Source: Octopus sinensis
Taxonomy: Eukaryota
Assembly (NCBI RefSeq): GCF_006345805.1
Contig: NC_043024.1
Coordinates: forward strand, 14,384,001 to 14,448,000
Direction of reading: 5' to 3'
DNA length: 64,000 nt
Positions 51,596 through 62,868 of this stretch are shown here, one piece after another. A program made the translations under genes and the position numbers. A model generated the notes under the pieces. That model did not search any database and was not told where the DNA came from. It saw only the letters and a program-made list of their open reading frames with translations. Within the stretch, counting starts at the first letter, position 1. Each line of letters opens with the position of its first letter.

Positions 51596-53489
51596 GTATA
51601 TATGTATATATATATATATATATATGTATAGGGTGGCGAATACTCGTTATAAATATCATCACGAGTGGCCTAGCATGTATAAAAAGTCAATAGACAACAT
51701 ATTCGTATTTCAAAATAGAAAATTACCCTTTAACAGGCAATTTTACATGCTAGAAATAGCAGCCAACACGGCTAAAAAACCACAATTTTATAGCAAATTT
51801 CGAAGTAAATGAAAAATAAAAACTTTTACCTTGTTATATAGTAATCCTTGTTTAAGTAATCTGAAACCATGGTATAACTGTTATATAACAAGGTAAAGGT
51901 TTTTATTTTTCATTTACTTCGAAATTTGCTATAAAATTGTGTTTTTTTTAGCCGTGTTGGCTGCTATTTCTAGCATGTAAAATTGCCTGTTAAAGGGTAA
52001 TTTTCTATTTTGAAATATGCATAAAGCTAAATAAGGGTAGAAATTGATATTAATCAATTAAAACCTGTGGCTTAGCATATTTTAAAAAGTCCAAAGATTA
52101 AAAATTGTTTTACATACAAAATTTAGAGGACTGACCACTAAAAGTGGACAGCCTATATGCTAAACATAGATGTCAAATCGCCATTTATCATGAAGAATGT
52201 GTTCTCAGGAAAAATCTCAGCAAAAAACCAAAGTGTAAAAATAAGCAAGACACATGAAAATATACGAAATATAAAACGATTACCTATGTACCAATTGGTT
52301 TCACTTGTTAATATTTACATATATGAACACGCAAACATCTACAAGATCATCAGCATAGTCTATCGTTTACAAAACACAATTTCCAGAACTAGATACAGAA
52401 CACTAAACCGAAATCCAGCATGTATAAAGTTCTACAAATTATATTTAGGTGTATCTTTCAAAATATCAAAATAAGCAACAAGGATATCCAGAAGTAATGC
52501 AGTACAATCATTTCATGCAACTCCATTTAATTGAAAACTGCAATCATTACATCATTTTAAAATGAAGAGCAATATATATATATATATAATATCTGTAAAA
52601 TATGTGACAATTATTCGGTTGCCATAATAAACCTCCGAGTTTCGGATGTCGGGGCGGAAACCTGCACCGGCATCTCTTCAGTTATCGAGGCAATCAAGGT
52701 ATGCTATCGGAGTTTTATTATGGCAACCAAATAATTGCCACATATTTCACAGATAAAATCCTCTATTTACATAATATCGAGGTCTCTTTCAGTCTTTTGT
52801 TGTTTTACCATTACTATTTATATATATATTCATATATATATATATATATATATATATTTTATATAAACTCACCACCGTGGAGATGGAGGCTGGATTTACC
52901 AAATGTTTACTTGCTTCCATTACTGGTTGCATATTTTTGTGAACTAACATCTGCCTACATTATGAAGTACCTCTGAGCCCCCCGAAACAGCTGTTGGACT
53001 TGCCACACCATACCTTCTTCCCTTTATTTTTCTGTCCCTTCGCATTCTCTGTAAGCATGCTCTATTAATATATAAATGTCTGTATATTTATACTGGAATA
53101 TTCAACATCTGGGAATTTTCACTATATTTACATTTCTCTTCTTGTTTTTTCTGTGTCCCTTTCTGTAGAAGAGCGTAGGCTCAAAATGTAAAAGACTTTT
53201 TCTATTCCTAAGCGTTATACAAATACATCTGCTTGTTTTCTACACCACCTGTCTTAGTCTCCTGATTTTTTTCGTAAACGTTCCCTATATATATATATCA
53301 TCATCGTTTAACGTCCGTTTTCCGCGCTAGCACGGGTTGGACGGTTTGACCGGGGTCTGGGAAGCCAGGGGCTGCTCCAGGATCGAGTCTGATCTGGCAG
53401 AGTTTCTACTGCTGGATGCCCTTCCTAACGCCAAATATATATAAATATATAAATATAAATATATATATAAATATATAAATATATTTCGT

Positions 53490-53698
53490 TACTACACACA
53501 GAGGACAAACAAGGACAGGCAAACGGATTAAGTCAGTTACATCGAGCCCAGTACATAACTGGTACTTAATTTATCGACCCCGAAAGGATGAACGGCAAAG
53601 TCAACCTCGGCGGAATTTGAACTTAGAATGTAGCGGCAGACGAAATAAGGCTACGCATTTCGCCCGGCGTGCTAATGTTTCTGCCAGCTCGCCGCCTT
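53490..53698 (-). mobile_element. SINE family B, partial
   Basis: Homology to family. Confidence 0.8.
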
Positions 53699-54311
53699 TA
53701 TATATATATATTGCATTTCTAATTCCATGTGTTTATTTGCATCATTACCTCCACATATATCTGCTCACCTGTATTCATTACACAACTAATATTTACCCTG
53801 AATACTTGGTCCTAAATAAAGGTTTCAGAGTACAACTTCAAATCATGTGAACACTATGTTTTCTATACTGAAAATCTTTGAATCTCATGCTTCAACTCTG
53901 TCCCTCTCTCTTTCTCTCTCTCTCACTCTCTCACTCTCTCTCTCTCGCCCCCCTCGCTCTCTCCTCACTCTCTCTCTCTCGCCCCCTCGCTCTCTCCTCT
54001 CTCTCCTCTCTCTCTCTCTCTATATATATATATGTGTGTGTGTGTGTCTGTGTGTTTATACATCACACTTAAGCCATTTCATTTGAAATATAAACATAAA
54101 ATTTACCCAGAAAATCTTGAAACCAAGTTATTTAAAAAGGCAGATTGTGCCATGTCAATACCACTTTTAAATTACCACAAGTGAGAAAAGTTCGAGATTT
54201 TATTCACATGAGTAGAAAATGGGAGATGGGCTTAGATTGTGTGTGTCTGTGTGTATATTGTGATTTGTCTTCAATATAACATAGTAGAATTTCTATATTC
54301 TAAAATTTCAG

Positions 54312-54353
54312 CCTCATCTACAGCAAGACTATATTCTGGGTCCACACAAAGAG
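54312..54353 (+). CDS. Microexon 17 (42 nt, most divergent): (A)SSTARLYSGSTQR
   Basis: tttcAG|CCTCATC...CAAAGAG|GTttgt; same upstream intron cassette as the other units. Confidence 0.7.
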
Positions 54354-54370
54354 GTTTGTGAATATAGTTA

Positions 54371-54560
54371 TCTATATATATATATATAAAATTGAGAATG
54401 TGTGTCTGTCTGTATGTGTGCTTCACTAAAATTCGAGAAGTAACCAGCCGATTTCATTCAGATTTTACACATGCCTTACTTAGGGTGCATGCAGTGTCAT
54501 GGGTCAAAAAATTTTCAACTTGTTGCCTAATGTGAGCCCAGAGCAATCTCTTCTCTCTTA
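54371..54560 (+). mobile_element. Possible 5' part of a different Helitron-like element
   Basis: TC(TA)n-aaaattgagaatgtgtgtctgtctgt start resembles Helitron 5' ends; 3' end not found. Confidence 0.35.
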
Positions 54561-54759
54561 CATTACTTCAGTATTACGCGTCAAAAGTGAAACAATATCA
54601 TCTCAGTTGTAATGTGAGATAATACTTTCAGTTTTAATAGCTTTCACTATTAATACTTTCACTTTGTATATAAATATTAGTTTCATTTCTCTTACTATCA
54701 TTATGATACAGAAACATATTGCTATGAAGTTGCCAAAATGAATGAATATCAGTAACTCC

Positions 54760-55070
54760 TCCATCCAGACTGGTCAACAGATGAGGGTCCAACATTCTTC
54801 ATAACAAGACTAGACCACACTAATGATGCTCCAGAAGTTTATGGGAACTTGGCTACAAAGTTCTTCCCCACCCAGCTTATTCCCCAGATCTTTCTCCTAC
54901 TGACTGCAACTTTTTCAAGCACCTTGATGGTTTCAACCCAATGATGAAAGTGCATTCAAAGAGTTGATCAGCTCCAGAACTCCAGATTTTTATATTACCG
55001 GAATAAACAAACTTGTAACTCATTGGCAAAAATGTGTTCATTGTAATGGCACTTACTTTGATGAATAAAA
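54760..55070 (+). mobile_element. Degenerate mariner transposase C-terminal fragment
   Basis: Translates with frameshifts to LGYKVLPHPAYSPDLSPTDCNFFKHLD...GINKLVTHWQKCVHCNGTYFDE. Confidence 0.85.
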
Positions 55071-55465
55071 TTTACCACATTGTTGTAATATATTGGGATG
55101 AATTTCAAGTTTCAAAACGTTGCTTCCCTTTTACTCAGCCTTTTCTGATGTGGAGAATTTGAAAGTAACACTGCAAGCATTGAACTGTAAAAGTTATTTT
55201 CTTAGGGGGCCATAATTTTCATTTGTAGTACTTTTTATTTTATCCCTTCTATTAATATGTTTAAGAAATCACGAATGTTATTAACTGGCTTTTCTCCCCT
55301 ACGAATCTTGTATTTATAAAAACAATATTTTACTAATGTCTCTACTAAATACAGCAGCAAGCCACACCCTGCCATTAAGTCAATGAATTTAGCTGCTATT
55401 GAGATTTTACCTCATGAATTTCAAATGTGACATTTTAATAAATCCCTTTTTAATTCTTGTTTTAG

Positions 55466-55728
55466 TTGAAAAGTGCAGATTAATGGATGGAATGGCAAAT
55501 GGGAATTTGATCCCAGATTCTGATATCTTCATCCCCACTAAGGAATCTCCAGAAGTGCTACGGCCTTCTGGAATAGGTTGGAAAATAAAGCCAATTACTT
55601 TAGCAAAACTTGAAGTTAAAATTGATAACAACATTTTGAAATATGGAGCAGTCGTGATTTTGCGGAAGCATAAAAATGTAGCTCAATTTCTCATAAGTTA
55701 CGAGACAGAGCATAGAAATATAATATGG
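55466..55728 (+). CDS. Exon A1 (263 nt, phase 1-0): N-terminal part of a discoidin/F5-8 type C-like domain, (V)EKCRLMDGMANGNLIPDSDI...HRNIIW
   Basis: cttgttttAG|TTGAAAAG...ATATGG|GTaagt; open frame; start CxxxDGMxxGxxIPDSxI resembles the C-x-x-LGM-x-x-G-x-IPDxQI start of F5/8C domains (domain identity from motif recognition only). Confidence 0.8.
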
Positions 55729-56507
55729 GTAAGTGACATAAATATTTACTTTTATATTAGTTTAACCCTTTAACATTCAGATATTTTCTGTCAAACGTAA
55801 TCCTTATTCTTTCACATTGTTTTAAATTAATTATGCATTATCTTGTGGCTTTGAGATTTTGATGATGTGATTGTTTATTTTGAGAATGACGCTGTAGTAA
55901 TGGAAGGCATTCAATTTGATACTATTCTGATTTAGCTATCTTTGTACTTGTTGTGATGGGACATCTGAGATATCATTGTATATTTTAATTAAACTCTGAA
56001 TAATGAAAAAGAAGAAATAGCACATTCCATTTGGCAAAACATAATCCAAATTTCATTAAAGAATAAAGTCTAAAATATTTAACGTGAAGGAACAGATGTG
56101 GCCGTGTGGTAAAATCTTGCTTTGAAACCATAAGGTTGCAGGTTAGACCCACTGCAAAAGATGGAGTCATTGCTGGACAGCCTTGACGATGGCTCAATTG
56201 GACCACTGAAGACCAATGGTTAAACCAGACTACAGACAAGAATGTTGAGTCAATTAAAGTGCTCAGAGGGTGGGGTGAACTCTATACTGCTTATACTGAG
56301 GTCTTTTCACTAAATGCAAGCTTTTTCTTTGTTTAGGAAAACAAACAGAATGAATTGGTTTGGTTCTAATTTATTTCTCTGGTGGATATTTTGTTGAACT
56401 TGACGAGGTATTCACAAAGTCTAAATACAAGACGAGACACTAGGTATTTACTTCACTCTGTAAAGCTGTGTTCTCTTAATATCATATCTGGTTCTTTTTT
56501 GCAATAG

Positions 56508-56643
56508 GGTTTCAGAGCAACTGAAAATGGTACCATACCACAAGGAACAAATGCAGACCAGATTCTGATTCGCTTTCGACCGGTAAACTCACAGGATGCA
56601 ATGACTGTCACTCTGTCAATTATTGGCTGTTTCCAAACAATAA
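56508..56643 (+). CDS. Exon B1 (136 nt, phase 0-1): C-terminal part of the domain, GFRATENG...QILIRFRP...TLSIIGCFQTI
   Basis: ttttttgcaatAG|GGTTTC...ACAATAA|GTaagt; ends in IIGC like the E-[LV]-x-GC end of F5/8C domains; phases fit the neighbouring exons. Confidence 0.8.
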
Positions 56644-56788
56644 GTAAGTTAATCATATTTAATTCTATTTGATGTGCTTCAATGTGTTACTGCTGTGTTT
56701 TGTGTCTGTATGTGTTTGTTTTCTTTGCTTCTTTTTTCTTTTATCTCACACATGTATGTATATATATATATGTGTGTGTATATTATTA

Positions 56789-57355
56789 TCGAGATGGTGA
56801 CTGCACTCCAGAAATAAGACGGCGGATAGTACTAGGCGGAGAGGCTATGGTCAGCATGAGCAGGGTCTGGAAGAGTAGAGACATCAGACTCACTACTAAA
56901 TGCAGATTGGTGAATGCAATTGTCTTCCCAATAGCAACATATGGATGCGAGACCTGGACACTAAAGAACGCTGACCAGAAGAAAATTAATGCATTCGAGC
57001 TTTGGTGTTGGAGAAGACTTTCACGAATTCCATGGACAGCGAGGCTCACCAATGGAGAAGTTCTTAAGCAGATCAGTCCGAAAACGTCACTAGAAGCTCG
57101 GATCACCAAGCACAGATTGGCATATTTTGGTCATATTATGCAGAGAGAATCCCTGGAGAAGGACATCATGCTCAGAATGGTCAGTGGCAAGAGGAGAAGA
57201 GGCTGACCAAGAACCCGCTGGCTTGACACCATCAAGAGTGATACCGGAATGGACATAGCCAATCTGAAAGAAGAGGCCCAGGATAGAACTGACTGGAGGA
57301 CACTGATCCAACGTGTAACCAAGAGTCGACTTCGATAGAGCGGATAGATAGAGAG
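56789..57355 (+). mobile_element. 5'-truncated RTE/BovB-like LINE 3' end
   Basis: EIRRRI...YGCETWTL...AFELWCWRRL...YFGHIMQR; 9-bp TSD atattatta. Confidence 0.9.
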
Positions 57356-58294
57356 ATATTATTAGCCCAGACACGGCATCCTGACTACCAGCAATAGGCT
57401 CCCACAGGCTGTGTCTGATAGATCAGAAGACTGTGCAAGCAAGTTCTGCAAACCATTTTGCTTAGGACGGAAGAAGCAGTAGTCAAAGAGTCAGAAAATT
57501 TGACAACAGAAAAAAAAAACCATTGAGTTTAACCAAAATAAAAGAAATTTAATTTAGAGGCAAATAAATATTTAGGAAATAAATAGGCAGTTCTTTAGGG
57601 AGATCTTTAGAGAGTTCTTTCATTTTTCTCAGAAGAGTGTAGATTCCTTTTGGTGAGCTCTTCTTTTATTCAGCAGTCTTCTCTATCGTTTTTGTTCTCT
57701 TCTTTTTCTCAAATTGACTCTGTTTTTACTTCCAAATACACTTTTGTCTCATACCAACTTCATACTCTGCACTCTTTATGTTACCAAGTTCACGCTATTT
57801 TTACAAAAACACCACTGTACACATTGGGATGAATTTCAAGTTTCAAAACGTTGCTTACATTTTACTCAGCCTCATAATATACTCAATGGCATTCCTTTAT
57901 GGTATTTCTTCCAATAACTCCAGGATTAATCTTTTCTTGTCTATGTAACAATTGATGACAACAATCAGCTTTTCTGATGTGGAGAGTTAGAGAGCAACAC
58001 TGCAGACACTGAACTGTAAAAGTTATATTATGAATGAGCCATGGTTTTCATTTGTAGTACTTGGCATTTTATCTCTTCTACTAAATTGTTTAAGAAATCA
58101 CGAATGTTATTAACATGCTTTTCTCCCCTACAAATCTTGTATTTACCAAAACAATATTTTACTAATGTCTCTACTAAATACAGCAGCAAGCCACACCCTG
58201 CCATTAAGTCAATGAATTTAGCTGCTATTGAGATTTTACCTCATGAATTTCAAATGTGACATTTTAATAAATCCCTTTTTAATTCTTGTTTCAG

Positions 58295-58557
58295 TTGAAA
58301 ATTGCAGATTAATGGATGGAATGGCAAATGGGAATTTGATCCCAGATTCTGATATCTTCATCCCCACTAAGGAATCTCCAGAAGTGCTACGGCCTTCTGG
58401 AATAGGTTGGAAAATAAAGCCATTTACTTTAGCAAAACTTGAAGTTAAAATTGATAACAACATTTTGAAATATGGAGCAGTCGTTATTTTGCGGAAGCAT
58501 AAAAATGTAGCTCAATTTCTCATAAGTTACGAGACAGAGCATAGAAATGTAATATGG
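58295..58557 (+). CDS. Exon A2 (263 nt): duplicate of exon A1
   Basis: cttgtttcAG|TTGAAAAT...ATATGG|GTaagt; 4 nt differences from A1. Confidence 0.8.
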
Positions 58558-59339
58558 GTAAGTGACATAAATATTTACTTTTATATTAGTTTAACCCTTT
58601 AACATTCAGATATTTTCTGTCAAACGTAATCCTTATTCTTTCACATTGTTTTAAATTAATTATGCATTATCTTGTGGCTTTGAGATTTTGATGATGTGAT
58701 TGTTTATTTTGAGAATGACACTGTAGTAATGGAAGGCATTCAATTTGATACTATTCTGATTTAGCTATCTTTGTACATGTTGTGATGGGATATCTGAGAT
58801 ATCATTGTATATTTTAATTAAACTCTGAATAATGAAAAAGAAGAAATAGCACATTCCATTTGGCAAAACATAATCCAAATTTCATTAAAGAATAAAGTCT
58901 AAAATATTTAACGTGATGGCACAGATGTGGTCGTGTGGTAAAATCTTGCTTTGAAACCATAATGTTGCAGGTTAGACCCACTGCAAAAGATGATGGAGTC
59001 ATTGCTGGACAGCCTTGACGATGGCTCAATTGGACCACTGAAGACCAATGGTTAAACCAGACTACAGACAAGAATGTTGAGCATATTAAAGTGCTCAGAG
59101 GGTGGGGTGAACTCTATACTGCTTATACTGAGGTCTTTTCACTAAATGCAAGCTTTTTCTTTGTTTAGGAAAACAAACAGAATGAATTGGTTTGGTTCTA
59201 ATTTATTTCTCTGGTGGATATTTTGTTGAACTTGATGAGGTATTCACAAAGTCTAAATACAAGACGAGACACTAGGTATTTACTTCACTCTGTAAAATGG
59301 TGTTCTCTTAATATCATATCTGGTTTTTTTTTGCAATAG

Positions 59340-59475
59340 GGTTTCAGAGCAACTGAAAATGGTACCATACCACAAGGAACAAATGCAGACCAGATTCTGA
59401 TTCGCTTTCGACCGGTAAACTCACAGGAAGCAATGACTGTCACTATGTCAATTATTGGCTGTTTCCAAACAATAA
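59340..59475 (+). CDS. Exon B2 (136 nt): duplicate of exon B1
   Basis: ttttgcaatAG|GGTTTC...ACAATAA|GTaagt; 2 nt differences from B1. Confidence 0.8.
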
Positions 59476-59619
59476 GTAAGTTAATCATATTTAATTCTAT
59501 TTGATGTGCTTCAATGTGTTACTGCTGTGTTTTGTGTCTGTATGTGTTTGTTTTCTTTGCTTCTTTTTTTTTTACCTCACACATGTATGAATATATATAT
59601 ATGTGTGTGTATATTATTA

Positions 59620-60186
59620 TCGAGATGGTGACTGCACTCCAGAAATAAGACGGCGGATAGTACTAGGCGGAGAGGCAATGGTCAGCATGAGCAGGGTCTG
59701 GAAGAGTAGAGACATCAGACCCACTACTAAATGCGGGTTGGTGAACGCAATTGTCTTCCCAATAGCAACATATGGATGCGAGACCTGGACACTAAAGAAA
59801 GCTGACCAGAAGAGAATTAATGCATTTGAGCTTTGGTGTTGGAGAAGACTTTCACGAATTCCATGGACAGCGAGGCTCACCAATGGAGAAGTTCTTAAGC
59901 AGATCAGGCCGAAAACGTCACTAGAAGCTAGGATCACCAAGCACAGATTGGCATATTTTCGTCATATTATGCAGAGAGAATCCCTGGAGATGGACATCAT
60001 GCTCAGAATGGTCAGTGGCAAGAGAGGAAGAGGCCGACCAAGAACCCGCTGCCTTGACACCATCAAGAGTGATACCGGAATGTACATAGCCAATCTGAAA
60101 GAAGTGGCCCAGGATAGAACTGACTAGAGGACTCTGATCCAACGAGTAACCGAGAGTCGACTTCGACTGAGCGGATAGATAGAGAG
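59620..60186 (+). mobile_element. Duplicate of the RTE/BovB-like fragment (inserted before the block duplication)
   Basis: Same boundaries and TSD atattatta. Confidence 0.9.
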
Positions 60187-61387
60187 ATATTATTAGCCCA
60201 GACATGGCATCCTGACTACCAGCAATAGGCTCCCACAGGCTGTATCTGATAGATCAGAAGACTGTGCAAGCAAGTTCTGCAAACCATTTTGCTTAGAATG
60301 GAAGAAGCAGTAGTCAAGGAGTCAGAAGATTTGACAACAGAAAAAAAAAACCATTGAGTTTAACCAAAATAAAAGAAATTTAATTTAGAGGCAAATAAAT
60401 ATTTAGGAAATAAATAGACAGTTCATTAGAGAGATCTTCAGAGAGTTCTTTCATTTATCTCTGAAGAGTGTAGATTCTTTTTGGTGAGCTCTTCTTTTAT
60501 TCAGAGTCTTTTTTTACCTTTTTTGCTGTCTTCTTTTTTTTTTGACTTGACTCTGTTTTTACTTTAGTCTTGTACCAACTTCATACTCTGCATTCTTTAT
60601 GTTGCCAAGGTCACACTATTTTTGCAGCAAGGTGGAAACCTTCCACTTTACAAAGACACCACTATACACATAAACCAACTCACATTCATTGTCACATCCA
60701 ACTGACTTACTAACATTTTCCTTGACACCTAATACTGTGTCAACTGTTCCTCATCCCTGGCACCATGGCACTTCTTGAGAGCCTCACATCGACTGCCTTG
60801 TACTGAATACTACATAAACAATTCACATTGGCTTCCAGCACGAACTCCCAACACAATTTAACTTGCCACATGTCAATGAGTAGGCTTTATAGTTCACCCA
60901 AACAGTAGAAAGAGTGCCAAACCCACACTGCCTCTGCTTTAAGCAGTAACATATCCACAGTAAATGTTTGTTGTCCTGCCTTGGAAAACCAGAGATTAGT
61001 GTTCTAATATGCATCGAACAAAGGAGAAATTATCTCAATATCATTTTTTGCTCATAACAATATGTTATTTTTGTATGTGTGTTATTACATGAATACAGAA
61101 ACACAATCATAAGAATCTCACTCACAGCATGAAAAAAAACTGCTGTATTTGGTGAATAGTCTCTGTCATGATCAAAAACTCCGCATAACTTTAATATTTA
61201 ATTTCTTTGGACTTAAACACTGTATGAAAGAAAATGAAAGACTGAAAATTGAAAAAGGCAATTGTAGAAACATCTCTGCCATTTTAATGCCATTTTAGAA
61301 ATTACGCAAAATGAGTAAACATAGTTTCTAGTGCTATATTTTGTACCCGCCTAAATGTAAAATGAGTTATCTATTTTGCATTTCCAG

Positions 61388-61423
61388 CAACATCAAGCCC
61401 AATGCCAACATTGATTCCAACAG
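61388..61423 (+). CDS. Microexon (36 nt, phase 1-1): (T)TSSPMPTLIPT
   Basis: gcatttccAG|CAACATC...CCAACAG|GTaagt; same CCAACAG (IPT) ending as the 42-nt units but unrelated intron flanks. Confidence 0.75.
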
Positions 61424-61670
61424 GTAAGTAATTATCAACATGGATTCAAACCATTTATATGCTACCGTTTCAATTCATTGTGTATGTGTGTATCAGTACA
61501 AATGCATGTACATCTATATATCTTCATGTCAATATGGGCGGATATGCACATTGGGTTGTAGGATTCTGTAAATGTGTGGAGATATTTCACCATATATTTA
61601 TGTATTGCATATAAGTGTACATGTGTGCTTTGATATGTATGGACATACTCTCCCAATTTCTCTTTCCCCC

Positions 61671-61701
<31 letters not shown>

Positions 61702-62084
61702 CATACATACATACATACTGAGTGTGTGTATGTCTGTCTCATAAAGGAGGGAAAGTAATACAGAGATTGGTACAAAGATAAATAGATAGAAAGATAGATA
61801 GACAGACAGAGATTAATAAAATAATTCCATAATCATCGTTTAACGTCTATTTTTCATGCTGGCATTGGTTAGAGTGGTTTACTGAAATTGGTCTGTTGTG
61901 GAGCTCTACCAGGTGCCAGTTTGATTTGGCTTGGTTTCTATGGCTGGATGCCCTTCGTAATATCAAACCCTCCAAGATTGTAGTCAGTACCTTTTATTTG
62001 TCACTGGCATGGATGATTTTACATCGTTGCAACAGGTAAACATCAGTCTTAAACAGATGGAAAAATACCCGCCTTCCTTGACCC

Positions 62085-62745
62085 TGAAGGTAGGTTGGTC
62101 CTTCTTCAATTGACACTAATCAACAGTAAGGTCTTCAGGCTGGTATATTCAGGCATACACAGATGACATCAACCTCATTGTGTCAAAGTTGGTACACCTA
62201 CAGAGGTTAAGAAAAGCCATCAAGGAATGTGAGGCAGTAGCAGGCACAAAAGTTAACTGGGATAAGTCAATCTGCTTGCAACACAGTACTTGGAGAGATA
62301 AGACAATACCTCCCAAAAACATCTTAGTGCCTTGGATTGAGGGGTCGGTTAAAATGCTCTAGGGATCGGTATAAATGCTCTAGGGATCGGTATAAATGCT
62401 CTAGGGGTTTGGTTTTGACCAGACCTCTCAATAGAGAAGAACTGGAGTGAGGTGATGAGCAGGGTAACCCACCTAACTCAGACCTGGTCTGAGGGCAATA
62501 ACCTGAAGGGGAGGACATAGGTCGCAGGAGTGTTTTCTGCTTCTGTGATTACATATTGCCTAACTATCGTGCCTTGCCCCCATTCGTGGTTGGTCAAGTT
62601 GGAGCAGCTGCTTTTCGACTTTTAGTGGAGGGGTAGAAGACCTCTTGTAAAGCGCTGTCTGCTGCCAGCACCTTCTAAATGGTGGGCTAGAGATGCCTTG
62701 GCTGTAGCTGCACAGACATGTGCTGAGGCTGAGGCATCTATGGCT
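62085..62745 (+). mobile_element. Degenerate L1/Tx1-like LINE RT fragment
   Basis: QAYTDDINLIV...EAVAGTKVNWDKS...; later CCQHLLNGGLEMP-like segment; contains a 21-bp triple repeat at ~62352-62405. Confidence 0.7.
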
Positions 62746-62868
62746 CTACCTGTTTCTTTTTCCGATAGACTACATTGGGATGAATTTCAAGTTTCAAAAC
62801 GTTGCTTACATTTTACTCAGCCTCATAATATACTCAATGGCATTCCTTTATGGTATTTCTTCCAATAA

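Larger units (their letters stand above)
55092..60670 (+). repeat. Tandem duplication of a ~2.8-kb block (about 55092-57820 and 57821-60670) holding exons A/B and an RTE fragment
   Basis: Colinear homology along both copies; both begin near attgggatgaatttcaagtttc. Confidence 0.9.

Noticed and set aside
55399-55773. ORF-track proteins starting MRFYLMNF (also 58228-58602)
   Set aside because: The first 22 codons and the tail after IIW/VIW are intronic; the real unit is the AG/GT-bounded 263-nt exon.
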